The notes below the pieces were generated by a model that was not told the DNA's origin, made no database searches, and saw nothing but the letters and a program-made list of their open reading frames with translations. From positions 429,056 through 493,055 of the forward strand of contig JAENYV010000001.1 in the NCBI GenBank assembly GCA_016841605.1: DNA of 64,000 nucleotides, in the 5' to 3' direction. The translations under genes were made by a program, and so were the position numbers. Positions 10,676 through 21,401 of the stretch are shown here, in pieces (position 1 is the first letter of the stretch; each line of letters starts with the position of its first letter). The DNA comes from Dethiobacter alkaliphilus. Its GTDB lineage: Bacteria > Bacillota > Dethiobacteria > DTU022 > UBA8154.

Positions 10676-10997
10676 GGGGATATATCAGGTCTTCTGGACA
10701 CAGACTGCCCAGCAGGATTTACGAAAAATAATTGAATACATCGCCGCTGACAGCAAGATTCAAGCAAAAAAAGTCTATCTCGCTATTAAGCAAAAAGCTG
10801 TCAACTTGCGGGAAATGCCCCTACGAGGAAGGATAGTCCCGGAGTTGAGGTATTACAGTGTTTTAACCTACAGGGAATTAATTAGCCCGCCCTGGCGAAT
10901 TATTTATAAAGTTGAAAAAGAGACGGTATGGGTGCTGGCAATTATTGATGGACGAAGAAATGTTGAGGATATATTGCTGGAGAGGTTCTTGAGCTAG
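10668..10997 (+). CDS. Type II toxin, RelE/ParE family
   Basis: The protein is about 109 aa. 'WTQTAQQDLRKIIEYIA' and 'YRIIYKVEKETVWVLAIIDGRR' form the characteristic ParE/RelE pattern. Its ATG overlaps the end of the antitoxin gene. Confidence 0.8.
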   Translation: MTKGIYQVFWTQTAQQDLRKIIEYIAADSKIQAKKVYLAIKQKAVNLREMPLRGRIVPELRYYSVLTYRELISPPWRIIYKVEKETVWVLAIIDGRRNVEDILLERFLS

Positions 10998-11218
10998 AGA
11001 TTATCCCGGAATTCCTTCTCTGTTATCTTTAATTGCTTATGGAGAATACGATTCCAGATATTTGATGGTATTTCTTTATGGGTGGCATGACTTATTTTTG
11101 TTTGAAGCACGTTTCCATTTGCCAATACTTTTTCATAATACCAATGATCTGTATTGCGAATTAGAACCCAACCATTTTTTTCACAATACCTTTTTAGATC
11201 CTTGAATTTTGGAGGCAA
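10994..11218 (-). CDS. HicA/YcfA-like small toxin (tentative)
   Basis: This 74-aa protein contains 'KFKDLKRYCEKNGWVLIRNTDHW', which resembles the HicA 'K..D.I..L...GW...R..GSH' core. It is encoded directly downstream of an antitoxin-like gene. Confidence 0.5.
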   Translation of the reverse strand: MPPKFKDLKRYCEKNGWVLIRNTDHWYYEKVLANGNVLQTKISHATHKEIPSNIWNRILHKQLKITEKEFRDNL

Positions 11219-11220
11219 TC

Positions 11221-11649
11221 TTATAACTCCAGTAAATCCCGAATTTCTTTATCTGTTTCGCATAAAAGAACTCTGAGTATATAGGGGAAATGAGCACGTC
11301 GGTTGGGTGCGTGCAAGAATAATTGAGATCGTTGAATATAATCCTGAGAATAATATTTTAAGTCGGCAATCAATTCTTGAATAGCATCTTCCAAGGAACC
11401 TCCATTTACAAATATTTCAAGATGGTCAAGAGCTAAAGTCACCGATTTATCATCTTCCAAGATTACTTCCGGTTTTAAAGAGAAATGAGACAAAAGCATT
11501 TTTTGTAAATCAACTCTAAGAAGCAGAACTTCCTCCGCCTTTTTTCTTTTGATAATGGCAGGTTTAAAGGAATTGAATACTTGATCATAGAGTGAAGATA
11601 ATCCTTTGCGTGCATCTGTAAAATTATGCTCAGGCAACATGGACATCAT
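11221..11649 (-). CDS. Antitoxin-like protein with a Phd/YefM-type N-terminal domain and an extra C-terminal domain
   Basis: The N-terminus is 'FTDARKGLSSLYDQVFNSFKPAIIKRKKAEEVLLLRVD'. The gene ends 2 nt before the HicA-like gene. Confidence 0.5.
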   Translation of the reverse strand: MMSMLPEHNFTDARKGLSSLYDQVFNSFKPAIIKRKKAEEVLLLRVDLQKMLLSHFSLKPEVILEDDKSVTLALDHLEIFVNGGSLEDAIQELIADLKYYSQDYIQRSQLFLHAPNRRAHFPYILRVLLCETDKEIRDLLEL

Positions 11650-11737
11650 CCCTTCACCTCCTTATAATATCATAATATGCACAATCTGTACAGATATTAC
11701 ATGCATATTTCTCTTCATTGGCCTAAAAATATGTAAA

Positions 11738-11867
11738 CCGTTTACTTTTGGTTCTCCGCATTTTCTATATTCCTATTTTAAACAACCTGGTCTTAAAACA
11801 GACTGTCAAAACTGTGGCAGACGGTTTTCCATTCTTCGCATTATGTTCTGTCGGATGTAGTACAGGC
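11738..11867 (+). pseudogene. Relic: 130-bp internal fragment of a MalT/LuxR-type regulator gene
   Basis: The fragment is near-identical to 1727-1858 inside the LuxR pseudogene. A 2-nt indel at GGTTTTTTAAAAC versus GGTCTTAAAAC breaks the frame. The two ORF-track ORFs over it carry 'FTFGSPHFLYSYFKQPG' and 'LKQTVKTVADGFPFFALCS' in different frames. Confidence 0.85.
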
Positions 11868-12010
11868 CAAGAAAGGACGATAATCGAAGTATTATATCCT
11901 TATATCCTTTACGGTAACATAAAATTTATCTTTTACTACTTGGCAAATCTTCAAAGTTGTAGTATAATAGCTTATCTTTTATCAATCGGATAATGACATG
12001 ATATCTAAAC

Positions 12011-13097
<1,087 letters not shown>

Positions 13098-13120
13098 CAA
13101 TTGAAAGGGTGTGTTCGTAA

Positions 13121-13447
13121 ATGTTAATGATCAAGGCCATTATCAGGCCGGAGAAAACCGGTCAACTTTTGAAGGAGCTGAACGATGCCGGTTTTCCGGC
13201 GGCAACCAAACTGGAAGTTGTCGGCCGGGGAAAACAAAGGGGTGTCATGATTGGAGAAGTAATTTACGATGAGATTCCCAAAGAGATGCTTATCATGGTG
13301 GTGGAAGACGGGGATAAGGACGATGTGGTGGGGATTCTCCTCAAGTATGCCAAAACGGGTGAAACAGGGCATTATGGAGACGGGAAAATATTCGTTACCC
13401 CGGTGGAAGAAGTCTATACCATCAGCACCGGGACCAGGGACTTTTAG
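13121..13447 (+). CDS. nifI1: P-II family nitrogenase regulator NifI1
   Basis: The 108-aa P-II fold shows 'MIKAIIRPEK' and 'GDGKIFVTPVEEVYTISTG'. The gene sits between nifH and nifD. Confidence 0.85.
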   Translation: MLMIKAIIRPEKTGQLLKELNDAGFPAATKLEVVGRGKQRGVMIGEVIYDEIPKEMLIMVVEDGDKDDVVGILLKYAKTGETGHYGDGKIFVTPVEEVYTISTGTRDF

Positions 13448-13452
13448 GGGGT

Positions 13453-13839
13453 ATGCTCAGGATGAAAGAGATCATCGCCATTGTGCGCATGAATAAAAGC
13501 GGCCAAACCCGGGACGCGCTGGCTGAGGCGGGCTTCAGCAGTTTGACTGCTGTGAAGGTGATGGGCAGAGGAAGATCCCTTAAACATGTCAACATGATCG
13601 ATAAAGTGGACGAGGGGACCCGGGAGATGCTCCTGATGAGTATGCTCCAGGGGGGGAGGCTGATTCCCAAAAGGATGCTCATGCTGGTCGTACCCGATCA
13701 TGAGGTCACCAGAGCGGTGGAGACGATCATCTCCGTGAACCGGGAAGGGCACGCGGGTGACGGCAAAATTTTTGTCCTGCCCATGCTGGATGCGATGCGG
13801 GTGCGGACGGGTGAGAGCGGGGAAGCAGCTATTTTATAA
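13453..13839 (+). CDS. nifI2: P-II family nitrogenase regulator NifI2 (extended T-loop)
   Basis: Motifs are 'MKEIIAIVRMNK' and 'GDGKIFVLPMLDAMRVRTGE', with a long insert in the T-loop region. The true start may be the ATG at 13462. Confidence 0.85.
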   Translation: MLRMKEIIAIVRMNKSGQTRDALAEAGFSSLTAVKVMGRGRSLKHVNMIDKVDEGTREMLLMSMLQGGRLIPKRMLMLVVPDHEVTRAVETIISVNREGHAGDGKIFVLPMLDAMRVRTGESGEAAIL

Positions 13840-13858
13840 ATAAGGAGGCGAAAAGATT

Positions 13859-15499
13859 ATGGGTCTTCGTGAACAGGATATTGATTCCATTCTGGATGTT
13901 TACCCGGCTAAGGTGAAGAGAAACCGGAAAAAACACATTCTTCTCAGGGATACAGCACTGGAGACGCAGGAGATCGAGGCCAATGCCCGGACTATCCCCG
14001 GGATTATTAGCAACCGGGGGTGCGCTTTTGCCGGCTGCAAAGGGGTTGTTCTCGGTCCGTTAAAAGATTTTGTGCATATTGTCCACGGCCCTATCGGCTG
14101 TGCTTATTATACCTGGGGGACGCGGCGCAACAAAGCCCGGATTGAGGACCCTAAACAATATTTTTTGAATTATTGTTTTTCCACCGACATGCAGGAGAGT
14201 GATATTGTTTTCGGCGGGGAAAAAAAGTTGGCCGGCATGATCGATGAGGTGGTGGAAACCTTCCACCCCAACGCCATCGCTGTCACAGCTACCTGTCCGG
14301 TGGGGCTCATCGGCGACGATATTCAGGCGGTAGCCCGGGAAGCGGAGAAAAGGCACGGCGTTCCTGTTATGGCTTTTAATTGCGAAGGTTACAGGGGTGT
14401 CAGCCAGTCTGCCGGTCACCATATTGCCAACAACGGCCTCATGGAACATGTCATAGGAAGGGGTGACCTGGAAGAGCCTCCGACCAGGTTTGCCGTCAAC
14501 ATGCTGGGAGAGTACAACATCGGAGGGGATAGCTGGGAGATTGAGCGTGTGCTCAGGGATATCGGTTACGAAGTGATTGCCGTCATGACAGGCGGGGGCT
14601 CTTTTGAAACATTGAAAAATGCCCATGTAGCCAACCTGAACCTGGTCCAGTGCCACCGTTCCATTAATTATATCGCAGATATGCTGGAGAAGAAATACGG
14701 GACACCCTGGCTGAAGATTAACTTTATCGGTATCAATAATACCATCCAGTCTCTCCGCAACATGGCCGTTTACTTCGGAGATGCAAAACTGCAGGAGCGA
14801 ACGGAAGAGGTCATTGCCCGGGAAATGAGCAGGGTGGAACCGGTGCTGGAACAGTACCGCAAAATTTGTCAGGGGAAAACCGCGTTCTGCTTTGTTGGGG
14901 GTTCCCGCGGGCACAACTATCAGGGAATTTTTGCCGAACTGGGCGTGGAAACCATTCTGGCCGGCTATGAGTTCGCCCACCGGGACGATTACGAGGGCCG
15001 GGCGATCATTCCGCAGATCAAGATTAATGCGGATAACCAAAATATTCCGGAATTAACAGTGGAGCCGGACAAGAAGCGCTTTAGAATGAAAGTTTCTCCG
15101 GAAAAAATGGCTGAACTGCAAGAAAAAATCCCCCTGTGTGAATACAAAGGGATGATCGTGGAAATGCAGAGTTCCAGCCTTATTGTTGACGATCTGAACC
15201 ATTTTGAGACGGAGGCTTTTATCGAGCGGCTTAAACCGGATATTTTCTGTTCAGGAATTAAAGACAAATATGTGGCGCATAAAATGGGCGTCCCTTCCAA
15301 ACAACTTCATTCCTATGATTACAGCGGCCCTTACTACGGCTTTAAAGGTGCCGTCAAGTTTGCCCAGGATATTACCATGGGTTTTGTCTCACCTACCTGG
15401 AATTATATTACCCCGCCCTGGAAAAACAAGCCTCTCCTGAAGGGGGATGTGCAGAAGGAGGAAGTGCAAAATGTTGGACTCTACACCAAAAGAACTTAA
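13859..15499 (+). CDS. nifD: Mo-nitrogenase alpha chain NifD, anaerobe (group II) type with a roughly 50-aa insertion
   Basis: Motifs are 'HGPIGCAYY', 'LVQCHRS' (FeMo-co Cys) and 'LHSYDYSGPY' (FeMo-co His). An extra segment, 'IKINADNQNIPELTVEPDKKRFRMKVSPEKMAELQEKIPLCEY', is present. Length is 546 aa. Confidence 0.95.
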   Translation: MGLREQDIDSILDVYPAKVKRNRKKHILLRDTALETQEIEANARTIPGIISNRGCAFAGCKGVVLGPLKDFVHIVHGPIGCAYYTWGTRRNKARIEDPKQYFLNYCFSTDMQESDIVFGGEKKLAGMIDEVVETFHPNAIAVTATCPVGLIGDDIQAVAREAEKRHGVPVMAFNCEGYRGVSQSAGHHIANNGLMEHVIGRGDLEEPPTRFAVNMLGEYNIGGDSWEIERVLRDIGYEVIAVMTGGGSFETLKNAHVANLNLVQCHRSINYIADMLEKKYGTPWLKINFIGINNTIQSLRNMAVYFGDAKLQERTEEVIAREMSRVEPVLEQYRKICQGKTAFCFVGGSRGHNYQGIFAELGVETILAGYEFAHRDDYEGRAIIPQIKINADNQNIPELTVEPDKKRFRMKVSPEKMAELQEKIPLCEYKGMIVEMQSSSLIVDDLNHFETEAFIERLKPDIFCSGIKDKYVAHKMGVPSKQLHSYDYSGPYYGFKGAVKFAQDITMGFVSPTWNYITPPWKNKPLLKGDVQKEEVQNVGLYTKRT

Positions 15500-16835
15500 G
15501 GAGCGGCGCTTTGGCGTTATAAATCCGGCCAAGACCTGTCAACCTCTCGGGGCCATGTACGCTGCGCTGGGGCTGCACCGCTGTCTCCCGCACAGCCACG
15601 GTTCCCAGGGCTGCTGTTCCTATCACCGCATGCACCTGACCAGGCATTTTCGGGACCCTATTATGGCTTCCACCAGTTCCTTTACTGAAGGCTCCTCCAT
15701 TTTCGGCGGTGCCGCAAACCTGAAGACAGCTATCCGCAATGTTTTTGAAATCTATAACCCGGATATTGTGGCTATTCATACGACCTGTCTCTCGGAAACT
15801 ATCGGTGACGATCTTCCCTCTTTCCTCGGAACGATCGATATCCCGGCAGGTAAGCGGATCATTCATGCCAATACGCCCAGCTATGCGGGTTCGCATATTA
15901 CGGGTTTTTCCAGTATGACACGGGCCATGGTGGATTACTTCGCGGAGGCCTCCCTCCCGGAGAAAAAAGAACAGGTTAATGTGCTTCCCGGTTTTGTCAA
16001 TCCCGGGGATATGCGGGAGATCAAAAGGATTGTCCGCACGATGGGACTGGAACCGATTCTTTTCCCGGATACTGCCGGTGTGGTGGATGCTCCCATGACC
16101 GGACAGTTTTCCATGTATCCCGAGGGCGGTGCCCGGGTGGAAAAGATTATTGACGCCGGGAATTCCAGGTATACTCTGGCCCTGGGACTCTTTGCTTCCT
16201 CCGATCCGGCCATGCTCCTGGAGCGCAAATGCGGGGTAGAGGAAATTCTTCTGAAAACGCCCATCGGCATCAAGGCCACGGACAATTTGCTCATGGCTCT
16301 GCGCTTTGGCTTTTTGCGGGAAATTTCTCCGGAACTGGCCGAGGAACGGGGGCAGCTGGTGGATATTATGACTGATACTCATTTCCATTTTCACGGCAAA
16401 AAGGTAGCCCTCTTCGGCGATCCCGACATCGTGTCCGCACTGACGGAATTTCTCCTCAGTCTGGGGATGCAGCCTGTGCATGTTCTTACGGGAACGCCGG
16501 GTAAGGCTTTTGAAAATGAGGTAGGCACTATGCTGGAGGAGGCAGGGATCAGGGGCAGGGTTAAAGCCGGGGGCGACCTGTTTGAGTTTCACCAGTGGAT
16601 CAAAAACGAGCCGGTCGATCTGCTGATCGGAAACACCTACGGCAAATATATTGCCAGGGCGGAGGATATCCCCTTTGTCCGTATGGGGTTCCCCAACCTG
16701 GACCGGAGTGTGCATTCTTATCTTCCAGTGGTGGGTTATAAGGGGGCCATGCGTATTATTGAAATGGTAAGCAATGCTCTGCTGGACCGGGTGGACCGGG
16801 ACGCGCTGGACGAGGATTTTGAACTGGTCATGTAG
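15471..16835 (+). CDS. nifK: Mo-nitrogenase beta chain NifK (short, anaerobe type)
   Basis: Motifs are 'CQPLGAMYAALG', 'HGSQGCCSY' and 'TTCLSETIGDD'. The ATG at 15471 overlaps the nifD 3' end. Confidence 0.93.
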   Translation: MLDSTPKELKERRFGVINPAKTCQPLGAMYAALGLHRCLPHSHGSQGCCSYHRMHLTRHFRDPIMASTSSFTEGSSIFGGAANLKTAIRNVFEIYNPDIVAIHTTCLSETIGDDLPSFLGTIDIPAGKRIIHANTPSYAGSHITGFSSMTRAMVDYFAEASLPEKKEQVNVLPGFVNPGDMREIKRIVRTMGLEPILFPDTAGVVDAPMTGQFSMYPEGGARVEKIIDAGNSRYTLALGLFASSDPAMLLERKCGVEEILLKTPIGIKATDNLLMALRFGFLREISPELAEERGQLVDIMTDTHFHFHGKKVALFGDPDIVSALTEFLLSLGMQPVHVLTGTPGKAFENEVGTMLEEAGIRGRVKAGGDLFEFHQWIKNEPVDLLIGNTYGKYIARAEDIPFVRMGFPNLDRSVHSYLPVVGYKGAMRIIEMVSNALLDRVDRDALDEDFELVM

Positions 16836-16878
16836 AGCTTATCTGTAAAAAGAGTTTGTAGAAAGGATGTGCTGAGAA

Positions 16879-18306
16879 ATGCGAGCCGGAAAAGAAACAG
16901 GGATGCCCATTGCCGAGAGGTTTGAATCTATCGGCAGGAAGGGGAGGCAGAAAAAAACGCTTCGCTGCGGTGCAGACAGCCTGGCCGGCAGTGTGAGCCA
17001 GCGCGCCTGTGTCTACTGCGGGGCAAGGGTGGTTTTAAACCCGGTAACCGATGCGGTGCACCTGGTCCACGGTCCCATCGGTTGTGCCGTCTACACCTGG
17101 GATATCCGGGGAAGCCTGAGCAGCGACGCGGAACTCTACCGTAGCAGTTTTTCCACTGATTTGAAGGAGCGTGATGTGGTTTTCGGCGGAGAGGAAAAGC
17201 TGACCCGGGCTATTGATCAGCTGGTGGAAAAATATCATCCCCCCGTTGTATTTGTCTATTCCACCTGTATAGTGGGGGTGATCGGCGACGACCTGGAGGC
17301 AGTCTGCAAGTCTGCCTCCAGGAGGCACGCTATTGAGGTGATCCCGGTGGAGTCGACCGGTTTTTCCGGGAACAAGGCTGATGGTTACCGGGCCGCGTGT
17401 GATGTTCTTATGCGCGTCATTGCCTCCGGGCAGAGGGAAAGAGAAGAGGCAGGGGAAAGCGGGAGCTCTTCCCGGGATGAATTGGCCATCAATTACCTGG
17501 GGGATTTCAACCTGGCAGGGGAGGCCTGGATCATCCGGGATTATTTCCGGGAAATAGGGATTCCTGTGAATACCGTGTTTACCGGGGATTCCACTTATGA
17601 AAGCATACGCGGGGCCGGCCGGGCGCGGCTAAATATCATGCAGTGTGCCGGTTCCATGAATTACCTGGCCGGGAAAATGGAGGAACAGTTCGGTATCCCC
17701 TGTTTGCAGGTTTCCTTCGTGGGGCTGACCGATACAGCGGATTCTTTGCGCAGGGTAGCCGCCTTTTTGGGGGATGAAAAGATCTGCTGGCGAGCTGAGG
17801 AGCTTATTGCCAGGGAGAGCGAGAAAGTTAAGCCGCTGATCCGGGAGTACCGCCGGAAAATGAAAGGGAAAAAGGCGGCTATCTACGTGGGCGGGGGCTT
17901 TAAGGCCATCTCCCTTGTCAGACAGTTCGGGGAGCTGGGTATTGATGTTGTCATGGTCGGGACTCAGACCGGCCGTAAAGAGGAATACGAGACCCTTTTC
18001 GACCTGGCCAGTGAGGGGACGGTCATTTTGGATGATGCCAACCCGTCTGAACTGGAAAAATTCATGGTGGAGGAGGGTGCCGACCTCCTGGTAGGGGGTG
18101 TGAAGGAGCGTCCCCTGGCTTACAAATTGGGAGTGGCCTTTATCGACCACAACCATGACCGGAAACACCCGTTGAGCGGTTTTACCGGTGCCGTTAATTT
18201 TGCCGGGGAAGTTTACACCACTCTTTTCTCTCCGGTCTGGAAATTTACCCGCGGCGGAGAAGTCTGGGAGAACGGGGGATATTCTTATGGAAGAGCAAGC
18301 TGTTAG
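16879..18306 (+). CDS. nifE: FeMo-cofactor scaffold NifE
   Basis: This NifD paralog carries 'HGPIGCAVYTW' and 'STCIVGVIGDD'. It follows nifK. Confidence 0.9.
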   Translation: MRAGKETGMPIAERFESIGRKGRQKKTLRCGADSLAGSVSQRACVYCGARVVLNPVTDAVHLVHGPIGCAVYTWDIRGSLSSDAELYRSSFSTDLKERDVVFGGEEKLTRAIDQLVEKYHPPVVFVYSTCIVGVIGDDLEAVCKSASRRHAIEVIPVESTGFSGNKADGYRAACDVLMRVIASGQREREEAGESGSSSRDELAINYLGDFNLAGEAWIIRDYFREIGIPVNTVFTGDSTYESIRGAGRARLNIMQCAGSMNYLAGKMEEQFGIPCLQVSFVGLTDTADSLRRVAAFLGDEKICWRAEELIARESEKVKPLIREYRRKMKGKKAAIYVGGGFKAISLVRQFGELGIDVVMVGTQTGRKEEYETLFDLASEGTVILDDANPSELEKFMVEEGADLLVGGVKERPLAYKLGVAFIDHNHDRKHPLSGFTGAVNFAGEVYTTLFSPVWKFTRGGEVWENGGYSYGRASC

Positions 18307-19705
18307 TTACCGCAGTGTCAACGAAAATCCGTGCCATATGTGCATGCCCATCGGTGCGATCCTCCCTTTTAAAGGAGTGGAGCGGTCCATGGTATTGATT
18401 CACGGATCCCAGGGCTGCAGCACTTATATGAGGAGACATATCTCCGAGCATTTTAACGAGCCCGTAGATGTGGGTTCGTCTTCCCTGAATGAAAAAGGAA
18501 CTGTCTACGGGGGAGAGGCCAACCTGAAACAGGGACTGGATAACCTGATCAAGATTTATCATCCGTCGTTAATCGGTGTTCTGACCACCTGCCTGGCAGA
18601 GACGATCGGTGAAGATATCGATCGCATCGGGCAGGAGTATCTCAGAGAGAGGAAAATGGATAATTTCCCTCTGGTAACGGTGCCTACCCCCGGATATGGT
18701 CACAGCCACAGTGAAGGGTTCTCCCTGGCTGTGAAGCGGATTCTGGCCCGTTTAGCCCGGAAGTCGCCGTCCCATGGCCGCATAAACGTGCTGGTTCCCA
18801 ACATCAGCCCCGCGGATCTCCGGGAGATCAAACGCCTCCTGGAGATCATGGGGGTCCGGTATACCCTTTTGCCCGACTTTTCGGAGACCTTAGATGCACC
18901 CTTTACCAGTCCGTATCATAAGATCCCGTCAGGAGGGACCGGGCTTAATTCCATTCGTGAAATGCCCGGTGCGATTGCTACCCTGCAGATGGGGGTAACC
19001 TTGGAGGAGGGGTTCTCCCCGGGAAAATACCTGGAAGAAGAGTATCGTGTTCCCCTTTTCAATCTTCCGCTGCCCATCGGGCTGGAAAACACGGATACAT
19101 TTATCCGCAGCTTGCAGAAGGTGACAGGCGCACCTGTCCCGGAGATCCTGCTGAAAGAACGGGGGCGGTTGCTGGATGCCATGGTCGATGCCCACAAGTA
19201 CAATTTTGCCGGGAGATGTATCATCTTCGGCGAACCGGAGCTGGTTTACGCTATGGCCGGGACCTGCCTGGAGAACGGGGTTACCCCTGTGGCGGTGGCT
19301 ACCGGTGGAAAAGGAGCAAAGCTGAAAACTCTTCTGCAAACACTCCGGGACCGTTATGCTGCCGATGCCCCTGATACCGGCAACGGCAAGGGAGTCGGCC
19401 CCGTCTTTCTTCCTGAAGCGGATTTCGACATTATGCGGAGAACCGCACGGGAGAGGGGAGCCAACCTGGCCATCGGTCATTCCGGGGGGAAATACCTGAC
19501 AGAGAAGGAAGGTATCCCCCTGGTGCGCATGGGCTTTCCCATCCATGACCGGGTCGGGGGACAGCGGATTTTCTCTGCCGGTTATGCCGGAACGACCGTC
19601 TTCCTCGACCGGATTACCAATACTCTGCTGGAGAGGAAGCTCTCCGGGTACCGGGAGCGTATTTACCGACAATTTTACAGGGGGAAAAAATATGACTTGG
19701 TCTAG
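18287..19705 (+). CDS. nifN: FeMo-cofactor scaffold NifN
   Basis: This NifK paralog carries 'HGSQGCSTY' and 'TTCLAETIGED'. The ATG at 18287 overlaps the nifE end. Confidence 0.9.
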   Translation: MEEQAVSYRSVNENPCHMCMPIGAILPFKGVERSMVLIHGSQGCSTYMRRHISEHFNEPVDVGSSSLNEKGTVYGGEANLKQGLDNLIKIYHPSLIGVLTTCLAETIGEDIDRIGQEYLRERKMDNFPLVTVPTPGYGHSHSEGFSLAVKRILARLARKSPSHGRINVLVPNISPADLREIKRLLEIMGVRYTLLPDFSETLDAPFTSPYHKIPSGGTGLNSIREMPGAIATLQMGVTLEEGFSPGKYLEEEYRVPLFNLPLPIGLENTDTFIRSLQKVTGAPVPEILLKERGRLLDAMVDAHKYNFAGRCIIFGEPELVYAMAGTCLENGVTPVAVATGGKGAKLKTLLQTLRDRYAADAPDTGNGKGVGPVFLPEADFDIMRRTARERGANLAIGHSGGKYLTEKEGIPLVRMGFPIHDRVGGQRIFSAGYAGTTVFLDRITNTLLERKLSGYRERIYRQFYRGKKYDLV

Positions 19706-20606
19706 AAATCTTAATCAACATCAACATGCTACAGCAGCCGCCGGCATTCACCCGTGTTTCTTTGAGGGAGCGAGCCGCCGTTTTGCCCGTATGCACCTGC
19801 CTGTGGCTCCCCGGTGCAATATCCAGTGCAATTACTGCAACCGGCTCTTTGACTGCCTGCATGAGAGCAGGCCGGGTGTAACCAGTACAATTCTTACTCC
19901 GGAGGCGGCCCTGCAAAAATTTCTGTTCGTGCGGGAAAAATTGCCCAATTTAAGCGTGGTGGGAATCGCGGGTCCGGGAGATGCCCTGGCGGAATGGGAG
20001 AAAACCTCCGCCGCGCTGGCACTGATCAGAAAAGTCGATGCAGACGTTTCCTTCTGTTTATCCACCAACGGGCTGCTGCTGCCCCGTTACAGCGAGGAGA
20101 TCCTGGAACTCGGGATCAATTATGTTACCGTGACGGTAAACTGTATCAGCCCGGCATCGGGAAGACGCATCTACAAGTATATTCTCTATGAAGGAGAGCG
20201 CTACGAAGGGGAAGATGCTTTTGAGATACTGTACCGGAACCAGATGAGCGGGATCGAGCGCCTGGCCCGTGCAGGGGTTAACATCAAAGTGAATACAGTT
20301 ATGATCAGAGGAATAAACGACCGGGAGATACCCGGCATTGTGGAGGAAGTCAGACAGCGGGGAGCCTTCATGAGCAATATTATGCCGCTCATTCCGGCTC
20401 CGGGGAGCGCTTTTGCCGATTTTTCCCCAACCAGCCCTGCGGAAGTAAACGCCATGAGAAATAAATGCCGGCTCATCCTCAAGCAGATGCGCCACTGCCG
20501 GCAGTGCAGGGCCGATGCGGTTGGACTGCTGCATGAGGATCTTTCGGAAGAAATATATGGGGGCAAGGGCCTTTCGATAAAAAGGGGTGGTCTCAGTGGG
20601 AGTTAA
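19692..20606 (+). CDS. nifB: Radical-SAM FeMo-co biosynthesis protein NifB, SAM-domain-only form (no NifX-like C-terminal domain)
   Basis: Motifs are 'HPCF', 'ARMHLPVAPRCNIQCNYCNR' (CxxxCxxC) and 'CRQCRADAVG'. Length is about 305 aa from the ATG at 19692. Confidence 0.9.
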   Translation: MTWSRNLNQHQHATAAAGIHPCFFEGASRRFARMHLPVAPRCNIQCNYCNRLFDCLHESRPGVTSTILTPEAALQKFLFVREKLPNLSVVGIAGPGDALAEWEKTSAALALIRKVDADVSFCLSTNGLLLPRYSEEILELGINYVTVTVNCISPASGRRIYKYILYEGERYEGEDAFEILYRNQMSGIERLARAGVNIKVNTVMIRGINDREIPGIVEEVRQRGAFMSNIMPLIPAPGSAFADFSPTSPAEVNAMRNKCRLILKQMRHCRQCRADAVGLLHEDLSEEIYGGKGLSIKRGGLSGS

Positions 20607-21237
20607 AATAGATACAATAACCGTCTTTACCGGCCGGGACGGCACAACAGCGTCGCTTTTACAGCCTGGGAAGCTGATCTTTTACTGCTGGGAAAAGGAC
20701 TCCTGGAACAGTATCCGGGAGCGGGATTTTTATCTGAATAATGATGACGGGATTCCGCAACTGCGCCGTAAAATGGAAGAAGTGCTGGAATTTATGGGGG
20801 ATTGTAAAACCTTTGTGGGGAGCGCAGTCATCGGCCTCCCCTACTTTATCCTGGAAAAAGCGGGATGCAGTATCTGGGAATTTCCCGGGAAACCGGCTGC
20901 ATTTCTCGATCAGATCCTGGCAGAGGAAAATCATGCTTCTTGCGAACAAACAGGCCGGGGAAAAGAGAACACCCCCCCGGCCCCGGAGGAGATTGCTCCC
21001 GGATGTTACCGTATATCCCTGCTCGATATCCAGACCAAAAATCCGGGGATTACTTCCAAGCAGGTGCTGATTCCCTTTTTAGCCCAAACGCGCTTCTATT
21101 CTCTGGAGATTCACTGCCGTCATATTCCTCCATGGCTGGAAAACAAACCATATACGGATAAGTTTCTCTTTTTTGTTGACCTGCCTGCTTTAAACCGCAT
21201 CATTCTAACTCTTAAGCCCAAGACCTGTTTAGATTAG
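20587..21237 (+). CDS. AnfO-like nitrogenase accessory protein (tentative)
   Basis: The pattern 'ITVFTGRDGTTASLLQPGKLIFY..W......F.L' followed by 'C.TFVGSAVIGLPYFILEKAGCSIWEFPG' resembles the AnfO family as I remember it. The gene overlaps the nifB end. The start could be the GTG at 20596. Confidence 0.4.
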   Translation: MVSVGVKIDTITVFTGRDGTTASLLQPGKLIFYCWEKDSWNSIRERDFYLNNDDGIPQLRRKMEEVLEFMGDCKTFVGSAVIGLPYFILEKAGCSIWEFPGKPAAFLDQILAEENHASCEQTGRGKENTPPAPEEIAPGCYRISLLDIQTKNPGITSKQVLIPFLAQTRFYSLEIHCRHIPPWLENKPYTDKFLFFVDLPALNRIILTLKPKTCLD

Positions 21238-21266
21238 GGATGCAACGGAAAACAACATAAAAGTGC

Positions 21267-21295
21267 GGCCCCAAATTTTTTGGGGCTGTGATTTG
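21267..21295 (+). terminator. Hairpin after the nif cluster (weak U-tract)
   Basis: GGCCCCAAA-TTT-TTTGGGGCT forms a stem-loop immediately downstream of the AnfO-like gene. Confidence 0.4.
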
Positions 21296-21401
21296 AAAAT
21301 AAACACTTGATTTTCTACCCGAAATCCATTAGAATCATATTACTAATTACTAACAGAATCCTTAAAAAAGAATATTGTATTTTTGTTTGTCAAAGTAATG
21401 G

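Noticed and set aside
14060-16715. Long antisense ORFs across nifD/nifK (326 aa at 14060-15040 and 435 aa at 15408-16715, minus strand). Similar ones lie opposite nifB (20058-20645), nifN (18929-19672), sfsA (9286-9864) and the anti-sigma/ABC genes (28426-29094).
   Set aside because: They lie opposite genes with unmistakable family motifs in a G+C-rich block, where stop codons are rare on the antisense strand. Their translations are Arg/Pro/Gly-rich low-complexity sequence with no recognisable domains and no RBS.
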